From Fimicolochytrium jonesii (lineage: Eukaryota), in assembly GCF_025526975.1 (NCBI RefSeq), contig NW_026515668.1, positions 1,736,001 to 1,800,000 on the forward strand: DNA of 64,000 bases, given 5' to 3'. Positions 25,494 to 38,936 of the stretch are shown piece after piece. Position 1 is the first letter of the stretch. Each line of letters opens with the position of its first letter. The notes under the pieces are model-generated. The model was not told the DNA's origin. It worked only from the letters and a program-made list of their open reading frames with translations, and did no database searches. The translations under genes and the position numbers were made by a program.

Positions 25494-26328
25494 ATGGCCA
25501 AATTCATCACTGCCTTTGCCGTAGCATCCACCTGCATCGCCGCAGTGCAAGGTCTAGCGTGCGACCCCACCGCCGTCAGCCCGTACGCCGGCCAGAAAGC
25601 CAACCTCGTCCCGGCCGCCTCTTTCACCCCCAGCAACGAGGCGCTGCATGTCTCGGGAACGGTTGAGATCCTCGACTCTTGCACGTTTGTTGTGAGGAAC
25701 TTTGTCTTCACGCCTGGTCTTGCCGACACGCTTTGGTACGGTCGTGTCGGGACTAATGTGACCTCTGGCCGACGTAAGTATTCCCTGCCTGTCTCTCAGC
25801 CTCATCCATCGATGAACACAGTCTCTAATAACGCCATCTCCCTTTCCGCATTATCCAGCAATCTGGGGCGCCACGGGCAACGTCAACACAACCGTACAAT
25901 ACAGCAACGGCGCCGACAGCCAAAACTACACCCTCATCGGCGACGAAACTGGCTGGTGGAACGCCCAGTCCTGGAACGACTTTGACACCATCGTCCTCTA
26001 CGGTGCAAACAACTCCTACAACTACACCATGGCTACCGTCCAGTTCCCCGCCCTCATCAAGACCACCTCTACCTCCATCGCCTCGTCTACTAGCTCTAGC
26101 ACGACCACCAGCACCAAGGCTGCTGCTACCACTACTTCCACATCCACCTCCAGCACCGCCGAGGCGACTACTACCACCGCGGATGCTCTTCCGAAGGACA
26201 CGGTGACTACCACTCCTATCGCTCAACCTACTGAGGATGTCAAGAGTGGCGCCCGTGGGATCGTTGAGCTCGGAAGCTTGGCGGTTGCCGGGTTGGCGGC
26301 CGTATGTGCTGCCGCTGTCGGCCTTTAG
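25494..26328 (+). CDS. Secreted GPI-anchored DM13-like domain protein
   Basis: Signal peptide, HVSGTVEILDSCTFVVRNFVF (DM13-like pattern), intron 25774..25858, S/T-rich stalk and hydrophobic GPI-type tail. Confidence 0.65.
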
Positions 26329-26673
26329 AGTTAGCTTATATCCAGGGATAGTTTTTGGTAGCATATCATTAGACGTAAAGAACGTTTTTGGCTGTTTTTG
26401 GGATGTGTTGTAGTAGTACGGAAATACCTTTGGAACACCTATTGTCAGAGTCACTGTCAGACATCTTGTTCGAGACTTTCTTGTGTGCACCCTATCCTCT
26501 CGGTTCCATCGAATGCACAATTCCAAGCATCGTTTCTCGAGTGTTTGCCAGTGAACCAAATGAATAAATTAGGGACTCTTTTAAGGTAACTACGACCCGA
26601 CGGGAGTCACGATGCTATATACAATGTGCGCTAGAAAGATGCGCTGGTCGGGCGTCAAAGGCCCTCAGACCTC

Positions 26674-27411
26674 TTAGATCTTCCCCTGAATCTTATCCAA
26701 CAAATGCGATATCTGATTGGCCATAACAGGCTGCCCCTTCCTGGTCTTCATCTGCAACTTGTCTCTGACATTATTCCTCTACCACATCATGAAAAAAGCG
26801 TCAATCATCCATCCATCACACAGCCATTCCCTTGTGACAAGTTTCCATACCTTCTTATAATAAGCATCCCTCCCCTCCTCCTTCTCCTTCTTCAACCTCT
26901 GCGCCTCCTCAATCGCCGCTTGTCGCTCAGCTTTCTTCTTCTGCGCCTCACGTACGGCTTTCGCGAACGGGTCGGCTTTGCGGGGTTTGGTTGTTGTGCT
27001 GCCCTTTTGGCCCCGGGAGGGGAGCGGGGCGTTGCGGAAGGGGTTGAGGCTTGGGGCGGGTTTTGTGGACGGGGCCCCTGATGCGACGTCCTCCTCTGAG
27101 TCGCTGGAGGCCGGTGCTGCGGGCTTGCTTTTCCCTGCTCGACCTTTTACCGGCTTCGCAAACGTCTCCTCCTCCTCTTCCTCCTCCTCCCCCGCCTCCA
27201 CCTCCATCTTCCCACCCGCCATCCCCTCCTTCTCCAACATCTTATAATACTCCCTCTTTATTCTCGTCCTGCGAATCATCTCGCTCTTCTTCTCCAGACC
27301 GGGGTTATGCCGGCCTTGTTGGAAGGCGAGCTTTTTCTTTATGGCAATGGCATTGCGGGGGTTAAGGGCATTGGAGGAGGTTGAGGGGGGGCGGCGGGTT
27401 GGTGGGCCCAT
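26674..27411 (-). CDS. rRNA-processing protein, FYV7/TAP26-like
   Basis: RIKREYYKMLEKE, a K/E coiled coil, and terminal exon KTRKGQPVMANQISHLLDKI*. Confidence 0.8.
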
Positions 27412-27676
27412 TGTAAAGGTGTGGGTTTTGAAGCCGATGGGTAGGGACGCTGCGTGGGAGTAGGCAGAGGTCGTCGTTGACAATCTGCGGATTTTTCAGT
27501 AATAGCGTTGTTCAGCAGACTCGAGAGAGCGTCTTGACCTTCGCGAGACCCACCAGCTCAACAGTCAACACAGCACCATCCCCAACCGAAACCGACCGGA
27601 TCTCTTTGGCCACCGCACTCCACAACAACCCACCCTCACCCTACCCGCAAGTCAGGACCACCAGAACCCGTCCAAC

Positions 27677-28419
27677 ATGGCCACCCAGAAAACAAAAAGC
27701 GAAATGACCGAGGCGGAGCTCCTCGCCCTCGAAGAGTCCGAATTCCAGAACGGTCCTCTCTCCGTGCTGACACAGGTACAGCCCTACCATAAGCCCTTCT
27801 GGTTTTTTTCCAGAGGGCACTACGGCCGAGAGTCGTGGTTGAATGGCTCCTGCACTGGTGATTGGAAAGGACAAGGGACTAACGATTTCTCTTTTTCGCA
27901 CCGTCATCCAGTCCGTGAAGAACAATTCCCAGATCTTAATAATGTGCAGGAACAACCGGAAGCTGTTAGCGCGAGTGAAGGCATTGTGCGTTGATCATGA
28001 GGCTGTTCTTTCTGGGTTCCTGAGGATGCTGCATGGGAATTATGGTTTCGCAGTCTGTTCACGATGACTGATCTCGCACCCTCTCGTTTTTCTTGCAGCG
28101 ACCGACACTGCAATATGGTTCTGGAGAACGTGAAGGAGATGTGGACAGGTGCGTTCCGTAGACGTTGCATTCACACAAATAGGTCGCTCGATAACTCATT
28201 AATGAATTTGTTTTCCGCTTTTATAGAGACGCCAAAGACAGGGAAGGGCCAGAAGAAGGCAAAGCCGATTAATAAGGACCGGTTCATATCTAAGCTGTTT
28301 TTGCGTGGGGATTCAGGTGCGTCTGGTTGTGCATTTCGTGCCATTTTACCCGTTAATTGCCGCAAGCTAAATCATTTGTATCTGCAGTGGTCCTGGTCCT
28401 GCGAAACATCACGGCGTGA
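27677..28419 (+). CDS. SMD2: Small nuclear ribonucleoprotein Sm D2
   Basis: [39 protein letters not shown] and [14 protein letters not shown] across 5 exons. Confidence 0.96.
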
Positions 28420-28880
28420 GAACACTTCGTTATATATAGGATATGTGGAGTTGGAGCAGGGTAGCCGAAGCAGTCTAGTGACCTTTCGTTGCGGGGGCCA
28501 ATGCCGTGAGACAGGTTGCGGGGATTCCACAGTAGATTGGGAAAATAAGGGTCGGACGGCGTATTGCCTCTGCCTGTGTTGTGCATGTGTATTTAGTTTA
28601 TGATGGAGTTCTGTTCAGGGACCTGGATCGCACACGAGTTATCGAGAGAAATCAAGGGGTTATGGGCAAATCTTTGGAAGGCGGGTTTCTTTTATTATAC
28701 AGGGCATCGTGTATTTCAGCATGGAAAGACAAAGCAAGAAGCTATGCTTTGTGACCCGAAAATGGGTTGGTTCACCAGCGGAACTGACAAGATAAGCACA
28801 TCTGCGACCCTCGTCACAGCGAAACCTGAGACCCCAAAATATACATGGTAGTCCCTTCCCCAAACAAGGTACACACATTT

Positions 28881-30406
28881 TCACTCGTGGAGTGTACCAG
28901 CACTCCCAACCCTCACGCCCGCGTCCTCCGGCTTCGAAGCCTCCGGCACCCTCTCATGATCCCCCAACGCACCTCCCCTCCTCCCCTTCTTGGATGCGCT
29001 AACCTGCAACGCCACAAACACGCCCACCACAATCGCCAACCAGCACGCCCACACGATCCACGGCCACTTCGCCCCTTTTTCTTTATCCCCGAGGTAGAGG
29101 TTGAGACCCAGCGGCACGTTGATGAGGGCGAGGAGAAAGACGACACGGCCGAGCCACCAGTGTACTTTGTCCCACCAGGGGATGCCTTGCCGGTCCGGGC
29201 TCCAGAGTTTGTCGATGATGAAGCCGAGGACGACTTGGGGGAAGGTGAGGATTATGATGATTAGGCCGAAGATCTAGTCATAGAGAAGAATCGGGTAAGT
29301 TTGTTTTGCATTTCATACGCGACGTTCGAAGTGTGAATCGACAAAAGTGACATACCGCATGAATCCCATTAGCCTTGTAATTAAAATGACTCTCCCCATT
29401 CAGCTGGACAACCTTATACACCAGCCCGAGCGCGGCATAAGTCATCGCCGTCGTTCCAAACAAAAACAGCCCAAGATGGATCCGGAACCACCACACCCCC
29501 AACGCCTTCTTCATGAACCGCGCAACAAAGATCGCAAGCGGGGCAATCACAGTCCACGCGATAAACATCAACGCCCCGTGCGCTTTCACCAGCGCGTCCG
29601 TGTCGACGCCGGATGACGGGTCTTGCACGACAACGGCGCCGCCCTGTGCCTGGTCAGAGGGTGTCGCCCCACCGGCCGCATACGCCATACTCCCGTCCAT
29701 AAGGTTCAACTCGATCTGGCCGCGGGAGGTATGGCGGGGCACGGTCGACGCGGATGCAGGCGCGGCGCCCTTGAATCCCGCCCAGATGAGGGCCTGTTTT
29801 GCCGGCGTGATGGGGGTAAGGTCGGCGGAGGAGGCGGCGAGGGGGCGGGTGAATGTGACGACGTACTGCTGTTGGTTGTTGATGGTGAGCAGGCCGGTTG
29901 CGTTCGCTTCGATGGAGAGGTCTTGCGCGGTGTTGAGGGAGGGGAGGCTGTGGCCCGTTGCGGTGCGGCGTTGGACGGTAAGGCCGGCGCCGTTGTTTGT
30001 TGGGTAGGCCATCTATGCATGCAATTGGTGTTAATAGGAGAAAGGATATCGCTTCATGCCGGGAGAAAACCAACGCACCATGACATCGGCATTCCCCATA
30101 TCCTGCCCAACCCCAAAGGCAACCCATCCCAACGTCCTTGGAAACTCGTATCGTATCCTGACCGCATCGGTGCCGACGGGGTTCGAGTACACGCAGAAAT
30201 TATCGCCTTGTATGGCAAAGCACACAGGAGCCGCGAGCGCGCCTAGAGAGGGCGGAAAGGATACGGGTTGGAGAATAGGGCTTCGTTGGTCTGGGTGGAG
30301 ACGAGAAAAACGCAGGCTTTGAGAAGGGACCACCGCGAAGGCAACGCATACCTCCGAGAAAGACGAGCAGCCCCAGTAGGGCGGAAGTCGCTCGGAATTG
30401 ACCCAT
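28881..30406 (-). CDS. DOMON + cytochrome b561 protein (ferric-chelate reductase FRRS1-like)
   Basis: Signal peptide MGQFRATSALLGLLVFLG. DOMON with GWVAFGVGQDMGNAD (Met ligand) and PRHTSRG (His ligand). b561 His motifs AHGALMFIAW, WFRIHLG, GIHA and DKVHWWLGR. Confidence 0.85.
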
Positions 30407-31256
30407 GACTGTCCCCTGAAGTGTTCACTGGACGAATTCGCACACGCAGAACTGTTCTTTATATATTTTGAGAGAAGCCGGCCCCACTTGACAGTTGACC
30501 ACAGACACAGAAAAGGAGCCTCCCGCCAACACGGTTGTCGCTGTTGGAGAGTTTTCAAAGGAGCGTTCAATTTTTCCTCCTTGCCAAGAAAGTAAGCTCT
30601 TTGCATTGCTTACGGGGAGGAACGCTCCACAAACACTCTCATATGTACCATCTCCAAAAGGGACCCTTTGTGCGGGTGGACGTTTGGGTGAGTGTTCTGT
30701 GTGTGTGGAGAGAGGAGGCGATCGAGAGCGGCGAGTCGTGGCGCGCCGCCCCAACGCGTGAAGTCACAGCGGTTTCTCATTCAGCCTTTCCTTCGGGGGA
30801 AAGAAAACGGCCACCCTCCCCCGGCCGTCAACGTCTCCCTCCAGATCCAGAAGGGAGTGACGGTTTTGTACGGCCAGCGGTCTCCCCCGTTATGTGGTTT
30901 CTCGGCGCTGTTGAGGTGGATTCCCCGCCGAGAGGCCCGGATGCATCCCTCGATAATCTGCGTGCAGGTCTAAGATGTGCCTGCATATCGCACGAAAGCC
31001 ATTGATTGACTGAATCCATCATGCCGCCATATTTTCAAGGATGGCTTGAGAATGTGTGAAGAGGTGAGAATGTGTTCAGAGGGTCCAGACCATCAGACCC
31101 ATGCAGATCCAACACGTTGAGGTGGGAGCAGAGCGACGTGTCTTTTATTACGCGCAAGCCACGCTTGAAGCAGCCCCCGGCATAAAACGCGTGGGGGGGG
31201 AAACCGGTTTGTGGCATCTTGACCACCCACACAAGCACACCCAAACCCCAGAAACA

Positions 31257-32862
31257 ATGTCCGCAACTACCAGCACCCCGCATACAGGCCCGGAAGCCGA
31301 CCGTCTGCGCGACAAAATCAAAGGCTGCATCTACGGCGCAGCCCTCGGCGACGCGCTCGGCCTCGCAACCGAGTTCATGACCCGCCAAGATGCCTACCGC
31401 ATCTACGGCGCAAACGGCGAGAAGCTCGCCTTGGACAACATGCACGCTGATCGACACCGGTGCAAGTGGGAGAAGGGCGATTGGACGGATGATACCGATC
31501 ATTTGGTTATTCTGTTGTGCTCGGTGCTTGCGACGGGAGGGGAACTCGATCAGCGGGATTTTGCGAGGAGGTTGAAGAAGTGGGCTGGGACGGGGTTTTT
31601 GACGCTGGAAAAGGCTGCGTTGGGGATTGGGGCTACTGTCGGAATGTAAGTTGGCGAGCGAATCGAGCGACAGTGGCTGTCTGCGGCTAGCGAAGCGAGC
31701 AGTAAATGTGAGCAGCAAACCGTCGTGCTTTTTAAAACGAGCGAAGCAAGTCCCTGTCTTCTGCTGTGAGCGGCAACGAACCGTCGGCCTTTTTGTACGT
31801 ATCTTGATGAAATTCAGCTAACTCTGGGACTCCCGGCATAGGGTTCTCTCCCACAAAAACTTTGAAACCGATCCCGTTGGCGCCGCCTACGATGTATGGA
31901 ACCATAAAGACCGCAACCTCGCCGCGAACGGCGCCGTCATGCGCACGGCCGTTCTCGGATGCCTCGACTATCAGCACGAAACCAAAGTTTTCTGGAATGC
32001 CGTAAACGCCTGCCGCATTACCCACGCCGACCCGCGCTGCATCTTCTCCTGCGTCGTCGTTTGCGTGCTCATCTCCCGAATGCTCCGTGGGGATTTTCAA
32101 AAACCGTGGGTGCCCGTTACCCCAGAAGAACAACGAGCGGACAAGACCCCCCCAGCAGCACAACCCATCACATCTCAAAAACCCTACCGCCTCCCCGAAC
32201 AATACAAACCCGACCCAGACTCCCCACCCCCAAGCCCCAAAGTTTCCTGGACAAACCTATTAGCCAAACTCTCCCTATCCCCACCCCCCCACTCCGAAGA
32301 CCGCCGCTGGCGAGCCATCTACGACCGCCTCGCCGAGCGCATCAAAGCCACGCCCATGTCGTTCGAGAAACACCCAGCAGGCGAGCCGGCGCCGCCCTTC
32401 GCGTTCCCACCCACAGACCCGCAGCTCTTTGAGGACGTCAGAGCCGTCGTGGAGGCTTACAAACCCTGTCTCGATTTCCACGCCACAGAAATCCACAGCC
32501 AGCCCTCACCCCACGAAGATCTCATCACAACCCACTGCCTCACCCCCTCCATTGCCCCCCTCAACCTCTCCGGCCCGGCAGGGATCGGGTACACGCTCAA
32601 ATGTCTCGGCGCTGCCCTCTTCTGCCACACACGTACCATCTCCCCCAGTCAACCCGCAGAGGATTTTAAGAAGATAATGACGGGGTTGATCATGGAGGCT
32701 GGCGACGCGGACACGAATGCGGCAGTTGCTGGGGCGTTGGTGGGATGTAGGGTGGGGTTTAGCGGGTTGCCGGGGGAGTGGGTGGCGGGGTTGAAGCATA
32801 GGGAGTGGCTGGAGGAGAGGGTGGAGGCGCTTGTGGAGTTGGTTTTGGGGAGGGGTCGGTGA
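31257..32862 (+). CDS. ADP-ribosylglycohydrolase (ARH/DraG family)
   Basis: GAALGDALG, WTDDT, ANGAVMR, ITHADP and GDADTNAAVAGAL. One intron starting at 31646. Confidence 0.92.
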
Positions 32863-33195
32863 GGGGAAGAGGTTTTGGGCTGGTTTGTGTTCTTGCGAGA
32901 TGTATGGAGGATCTGTTTTGGTGCGATTTGGAGGGGTAGCCACATGTAAAGTGGACCCCGTTGGGAGTATCGATAGTTGTAGGTACGTATGTAGTAGTGC
33001 TCAAACGAATCCTTCGAGCCCTCTAAATGCACATGTCGACGGCGTACACGTAAAGTAGGAAATGATATGGAATTGGTGCTATAGTATACTGCTATACATC
33101 AAAGGAATGAGGGTGAAATGGAAAATGATGTCACCAACAAACAAAACTGTGAACATGCATGAGGCTACTTCAACATGCTAGTGTAGGTAGAAAAT

Positions 33196-35130
33196 TCACC
33201 TCCTCGCCCCAAACCACCCGGCCACAAACCCGATCACAATCGCCACGACCAACCTCAGCAACCCCTGCTTGCCCACGATCCTCCTCAACGTACTCAAAAT
33301 CGTAATCACAAGCGGACTCTTAACCTTACTCTCAACCGCGAGCGTGGCCAGCCACATGCGGTTAGTGAGCGCCGAGGGGAGGTACCGCTGGGCAGAGACG
33401 AATTCCATGCCGTGTGGGGCAATGAGGGTGGAACGGGCGTGGGTGTATTCGAGGAAGCCGTGGTGACCGTGGTATTTGCCCATACCGGAGTTGCCGACGC
33501 CGCCGAAGGGGAGGTCGGGGGCTGTGGTGTGTGAGGAGAGGGGTTAAGGAATATGTAGAGGGGAGGGCACGTTCGTGGAGGATGGAGTTGGAAGACAATG
33601 GTTACTTACCACCCATGTTGGAGAACAGGTCGTTCACGACAGCATTTCCAGAGTCCGTCTCGCGCAGGACCTTTCGGGCAACCTTCTTGTCCTTTGTGAA
33701 CACGTACAGTGCCAATGGCTTCTCTCTGAGAAACGGGAAAACGAAACGAGACAGTGAGCTTTTCTGTCTCTCAAGCCGACCTCAGAGACAGTATACAAGC
33801 TCTTACCCGCTGTTGATGTATGCGATAGACTCATCAATACTGTTGACTTCAACAATTGGCAACAACGGTCCGAAAATCTCCTCATTCATGATCGGGTTGG
33901 TCTCGGGGTTCTTGCCCACTCCCGTGATCAGGGTCGGCTCAACAAACCGGTCCTCACGGTCCTTTTCACCTCCGAAAGCGATCTTGCTTCCAGGCACCTT
34001 GACCTGTTTGTCCAGCAGGTCAACCATACGCTCGAAATGACGGTCCGAGATCAGTCGCGGGAACAACGGGCTGTCGCGTGTGCGTTCGCCGTAGAACCTC
34101 TTGAGGGCTTTCCCGCAGGCCTCGACGAAAGGGTCGACGAGTTTGGACGGGATGAGGATGTAATCGGGTGCGATACATGTCTGGCCAGAGTTGAGGGACT
34201 TTGCCCACATCAGCCTGTTCGCGACGTTGGTAATGTCGACATTCTCGTCGATGATGACGGGGCTCTTTCCGCCGAGTTCGAGCAGGACGGGGGTGAGGTG
34301 CTTGTTGGCGGCCTTGTGCACGATCTTGGCGACGGTGTTGTTGCCGGTGTAAGTGATATGGTCGAAACGTTCCTTCAGGAGCTCTGTGGTCTCGGGGATG
34401 GCTCCGTTCACGACCTGGATAACGCGGGTGTCGAGGTACTTGTGGACGAGTGAAGTGAAGACGGCGGCGCAGTTGGGGACCATTTCCGGGGGCTTCAAGA
34501 CAACTGCGTTTCCGCCGGCGATGGCGGCAAGCAAAGGCCCGACGATCAGGCACCAGGGGTAGTTCCAGATTCCGATGATCAAGGCGACACCCAAAGGCTT
34601 CCTGTGAATCTCGGCGCGAGCGAAAGGAGCGAGAGGACCGGGGCCAACAACTTCCGGCCTGTTCCACTCCTCGAGGTATTCCAACGCGTGCGCGATCTCG
34701 TTCTTGATTGGCAGGACATCGATAAGCCATGTCTCTCCTGGTGCCTGTCGAAACGTTCGTACAGGTAAGTTCATCGTTGTGGATGAGGCCGAAGCCCGGA
34801 ACCTCGCAGATTCATGGTGTTGATACCTTTTTCATGTCCCTCCAGTTGGCCTCACATATGTCCTCCTGATTTTCATCAAGGAGCTTGTACAGCTGACGCA
34901 GCTGTTGCTCTCTCCATTTCAACGAGTGGGTGATTCCGGTGTTGTATGCGGTACGGACGGACGCGACGATCTGTTGGGGACGAGGGTTAGTGTTGATCTC
35001 TGGTGGGAGCGGACACATTGCTCATGTCTGGACGAATGAAGAATACCTTTGGGATCTCCTCGATGGGAGTGTATGTGAGGGCCGGGAGGGGCCTTCCGTT
35101 GCCGGTAAACTCTTTTGCGGCGGTGACCAT
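33196..35130 (-). CDS. Fatty aldehyde dehydrogenase (ALDH3/Hfd1-like)
   Basis: WNYP, LELGGKSP, NSGQTCIAPDY, EEIFGPLLP, PFGGVGNSGMGKYHG, and a C-terminal TM anchor. Confidence 0.93.
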
Positions 35131-35655
35131 GGTGGGCAAACCTTTCTTTGAGATGAGGAATTGGGTAGCTGCTCTAGCAGTAACTAGGGGAAGCGTCATA
35201 CGGTCCGCGTTTTTATACTTCGGCAAAGGGAGCGTCTGTCTATCTCTAAGGAGGACAAATTGAAGCGAGGCGGGGCATGCTCCACCAAGGCCCCACCCAC
35301 CATATGCATCATCTGGGTGACACCGACATCTCACAAAGTAAGAACGGCCTCCGGCGGACCAGCGGCGGCCCAGAATTTGGGATTGATATTGAGAAGCGCA
35401 AAGACACGACATGGGCGTTGCATGTGCATGTTGTGCCGCCTGATGATGATGATGAAGGGCAAGCCGCGGGGGCGGGCGGCGGCGGCCCTCGGAGCGTGTC
35501 CGAAATGTCCCCTCCCGAGCGACGCCTTGTTTGGAAATGGAAGTCAAATGTTTGATGGGGGGCGTGACGTGCGGGATCTCGCTTACGTCCACCTTTCCTA
35601 CTCACAAAAAGTAAACGCCGCACGGAAACTGAACTCTACTGTATGTACGTACTGA

Positions 35656-38506
35656 TCTCAAGTGGAGAATCGAACGAGGTTTCAGAGGGCATCCTCATTG
35701 TGGAGAGTCGTGAAAGCCCGCTGCGACACTGAAGTGGAGGCTTAGGGACCTCTTTTGCACTGGGAGCATATGTTTCAACGACAGACATCTTCAGGTGGAG
35801 AAGTTACGCTTCTGAGCGGACGCCTGGGGACAAACACGGACGACGAGGACGTGGAAAGAATCGTAACAGGACGAAAACCCTATCCCGCGTGGGAGTTCTA
35901 GCACCTCGCATGGAGAATGGCCGAGCGCATGGAAATCGGACTGACGGAATACTGTCTGCGACAGTGGTAGTCGCCCCAAGAGCCCCGACTGCCGGTCGCC
36001 AGGCTTTTCGAGCAGAAGGTTTTGTCGCGAAACGAGCTTCGAAATCTCAAGTCGCAATCTCAAGATACCTCACCTCTTCCTAGCCATTGCCGTGAAGAGA
36101 GATGGGGCCAAGTGACCGAACTCGTTGAGGGCCTAGACGGTCAGTTGGACCTGATGGGTCTCCGTTGGCCCGAGAAAACGCCAATGGAGATCACGGCCGA
36201 AACGTTGCGAGAGAGTATGGTATCGCCAGAAGGCTACGGAGTACGCGGTAAGGTCGCAACAGAACTACGCGAAAGGTGGGTTGATCATAGGGTTGTCCAT
36301 GGTACTGTTATGACGGTTACTTATACTCAAATCCTTTCCAGCACACGCGGCCGTGTTTTCCAACGGAGCGATCGCGCCAGTGGAGATCAAAACGCGGAAG
36401 GGCACGGCGGTGTTTCCTGCTCCGGACCCTGAACGACTGGGAGAATTCTTATGAAGAATGTCATCCCAAGCCCGACAGAATTGCCATCCAATACATGAAC
36501 AACCACGCTCTTGCGATCACTTTTAGGACGGGAGCGACCCGTGGGAGCGTATTTGAGGTTGTTATCAGAGGGCATCTGCCCCTCACGGGGGATTCGTTGC
36601 GCTGGAGGTCGGAACACCCCTTAAGACGCATGCCCTGTCAAAGGCATTGAGTTTGCCACCTGGGGACCGGATAAGGTGGTCTCAACATTGGGCGGAACGA
36701 ACAAGCTGCACTTCAATGGGAAGAACATATTTGATTATGGTTCGGGGGTGAGTGCACGCCAATTCTACCCTCCACGCCGTCTGCGATCATCCCGCCCACG
36801 GAACACTCCCGCGTTGACCGCTGCCGGTGTTTTAGTCATTGAAAAGAGTGGGACGAAGTGGATGACACCGCCGCGGGGTAAAGGACTCGTTAGCGTGTTC
36901 TCTGGCGCGGTTGCTAGTGCGAAGGACTCGGTACAGGAACGCATGTCCCACGTTCCCGACCCTTCGCTGGCTCTCAGTTGAGCGACGAACTATCGATGTT
37001 GTTTCGTGCCGAGGGTGCTATCGACGAGTGGTTTTAGGACTGGTTGTGCAATGAGGCCGACGTTGGCGGATATGAAGATCGCTGTGTTTTTGAGGGGGAG
37101 GGGGAGGAGGAACCATTTTTACCGTTTCTAGGCCGGCGAGATCCGGCAAACAGGGTGATGCACCATGCACCATTTATGCTCATCGCACGACGTGTCCCAC
37201 GGCTTCCGCGCGCTCTGCACATCGCCTACGACACTTTCGTGCATACGCCCAATAGCTCTTCTGAGAATTTCACCGCAGGCCGCACCAAGAAGTTGTGGGC
37301 TGCGGTGAACTTCCCAGAAGTGATTGCGGTGACTGGGGACATGGGTCTGGGCGAGCTTGTATGAGACATCCGTTCGAACCTTCGAATAGCAATTGATCTT
37401 TCGAGGATGGACCACCATACGACATTGCTGAGGATGTCCGACGCGCTCCGGTCTCCTGCGCATGTCCGACACACCCTTGGCCTGTCGTTCATTGTGGCTT
37501 TAAGACCAGCAATAGTTTGGTGCTGGAGCAGGCGGGGGTAGAGACGACCGCAACTACTCCTGCCTTGCTCCCGGAGGCGTCTGCGTTGTTTGCGGGGCTC
37601 GTACATCCGCTGCGTGGCGTACGGGTATTGTCAACAACATCAAGACAGCCCGGGCTGCCTGCAATAAGTGTGGGCGCGCCCAGGCGTATCTTGATGCCAT
37701 CGCTGCCATCCCGGGCAAACCCGTCGTCCCCTCCACCACCCTCCCCGCACCCGCCCCAGCCACCACGCGCCTCACCCTCCACCTCCCGTCCCGCCCTCCG
37801 ACCATCCCAACCCCCGTCTCCACTGCCCAGCCCCCCGTCTCTGCCGCCGCTCCCCCTGTCGCCGCCCCCCAGCCCCCCGTCTCCGCCCCCAAGCCCCCCG
37901 TCTCCGCCCCCCAGCCTCCCGTCGCCGCTGCCGCTCCCACCGCCCCTATCCCCAACCCCCTCGCGATCACCAGCCTCCTTAACCCCGCCCCAATCCCCAA
38001 CCCCATCCCAATCTCCGCCCTCCTCACCCCTGCCCCCATCCCCACCCGCCCCACCCGCGCCGCCGCCATCGCAGGGGTAGCCGCCGCAGCAGCAGCAGCA
38101 GCAGCGCCCACCCCCACGACCGGCGACGAGGACGAGGAGGGGTATGACGCAGCCGAAATGGCGCAAGAGGAGCTGGCCGCACTTGAGGAGGAGGAGGGAC
38201 ACTGGCCGGCGTTGGGAAAGCCTGGTGAAGGAGACGTGCGGTTCAACCACACGCCAGGCAATGAAGGCACACACTACGCCCCTCTTCGACGCCCACCGAG
38301 CGCGCCTGGCAGCTGCGAAACAGAAGGCAGAGACGGTGCTGGCTTTTACACCCGCCTCCGACGACGCCGATGATGATGACGAGGAGTATACGTCAATGGA
38401 GAGCCTCCCACACTCGGAGTCCGTGTCGTCATACGGATCTACATCTGGTGGCGACGAGACAGCGGGCTCTGAGTTGTGGGAGGAGGAGGAATACGCATTT
38501 GCGTGA
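35656..38506 (+). pseudogene. Degenerate coding tract with stops and frameshifts, including an SPPP-rich segment
   Basis: Protein-like frame 35656..36432 is broken only by in-frame TAGs. Further fragments at 37044..37364, 37517..38080 (Pro-rich) and 38144..38506 (acidic). No family recognised. Confidence 0.4.
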
Positions 38507-38578
38507 GGGTGAGTTCATCATTGTCTCCGAGACAACTGTCTCCGCCATCTCCACTGCTCCTGACACACGCTCTCTCGT

Positions 38579-38688
38579 AGAGTGGATCGCGAGCCTGCCC
38601 CTATTCCAAGCTGGTCTCAAGCGATCGTGACGTGAAGAGTGAATTGCGAGCCTGCCCCTATTCCAAGCTGGTCTCAAGCAATCGTGAC
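38579..38688. repeat. 57-bp tandem duplication
   Basis: AGAGTG(G/A)AT(C/T)GCGAGCCTGCCCCTATTCCAAGCTGGTCTCAAGC(G/A)ATCGTGAC at 38579 and 38636. Confidence 0.9.
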
Positions 38689-38936
38689 TTGGGGCAGGGG
38701 CTCGCCGGCTATAGCTGAGTCGCATCCCAAAGTCAAGCTACATCTCATGTTCGTACAGTGAATCAGAAGGTAGAATGAATCAATATTTCCATGCTTTAAC
38801 ACTAAGCTAAACGCTGTGTATATACTTGCGATATGCGCTACTGCTGGCAACGGGACGCCAATCCACCTTCCCGCCGCGTGATGACGGCGTGGGCTAGGAC
38901 TACATGCTGATAAATACATCTCGCGGGGCTTATCTC

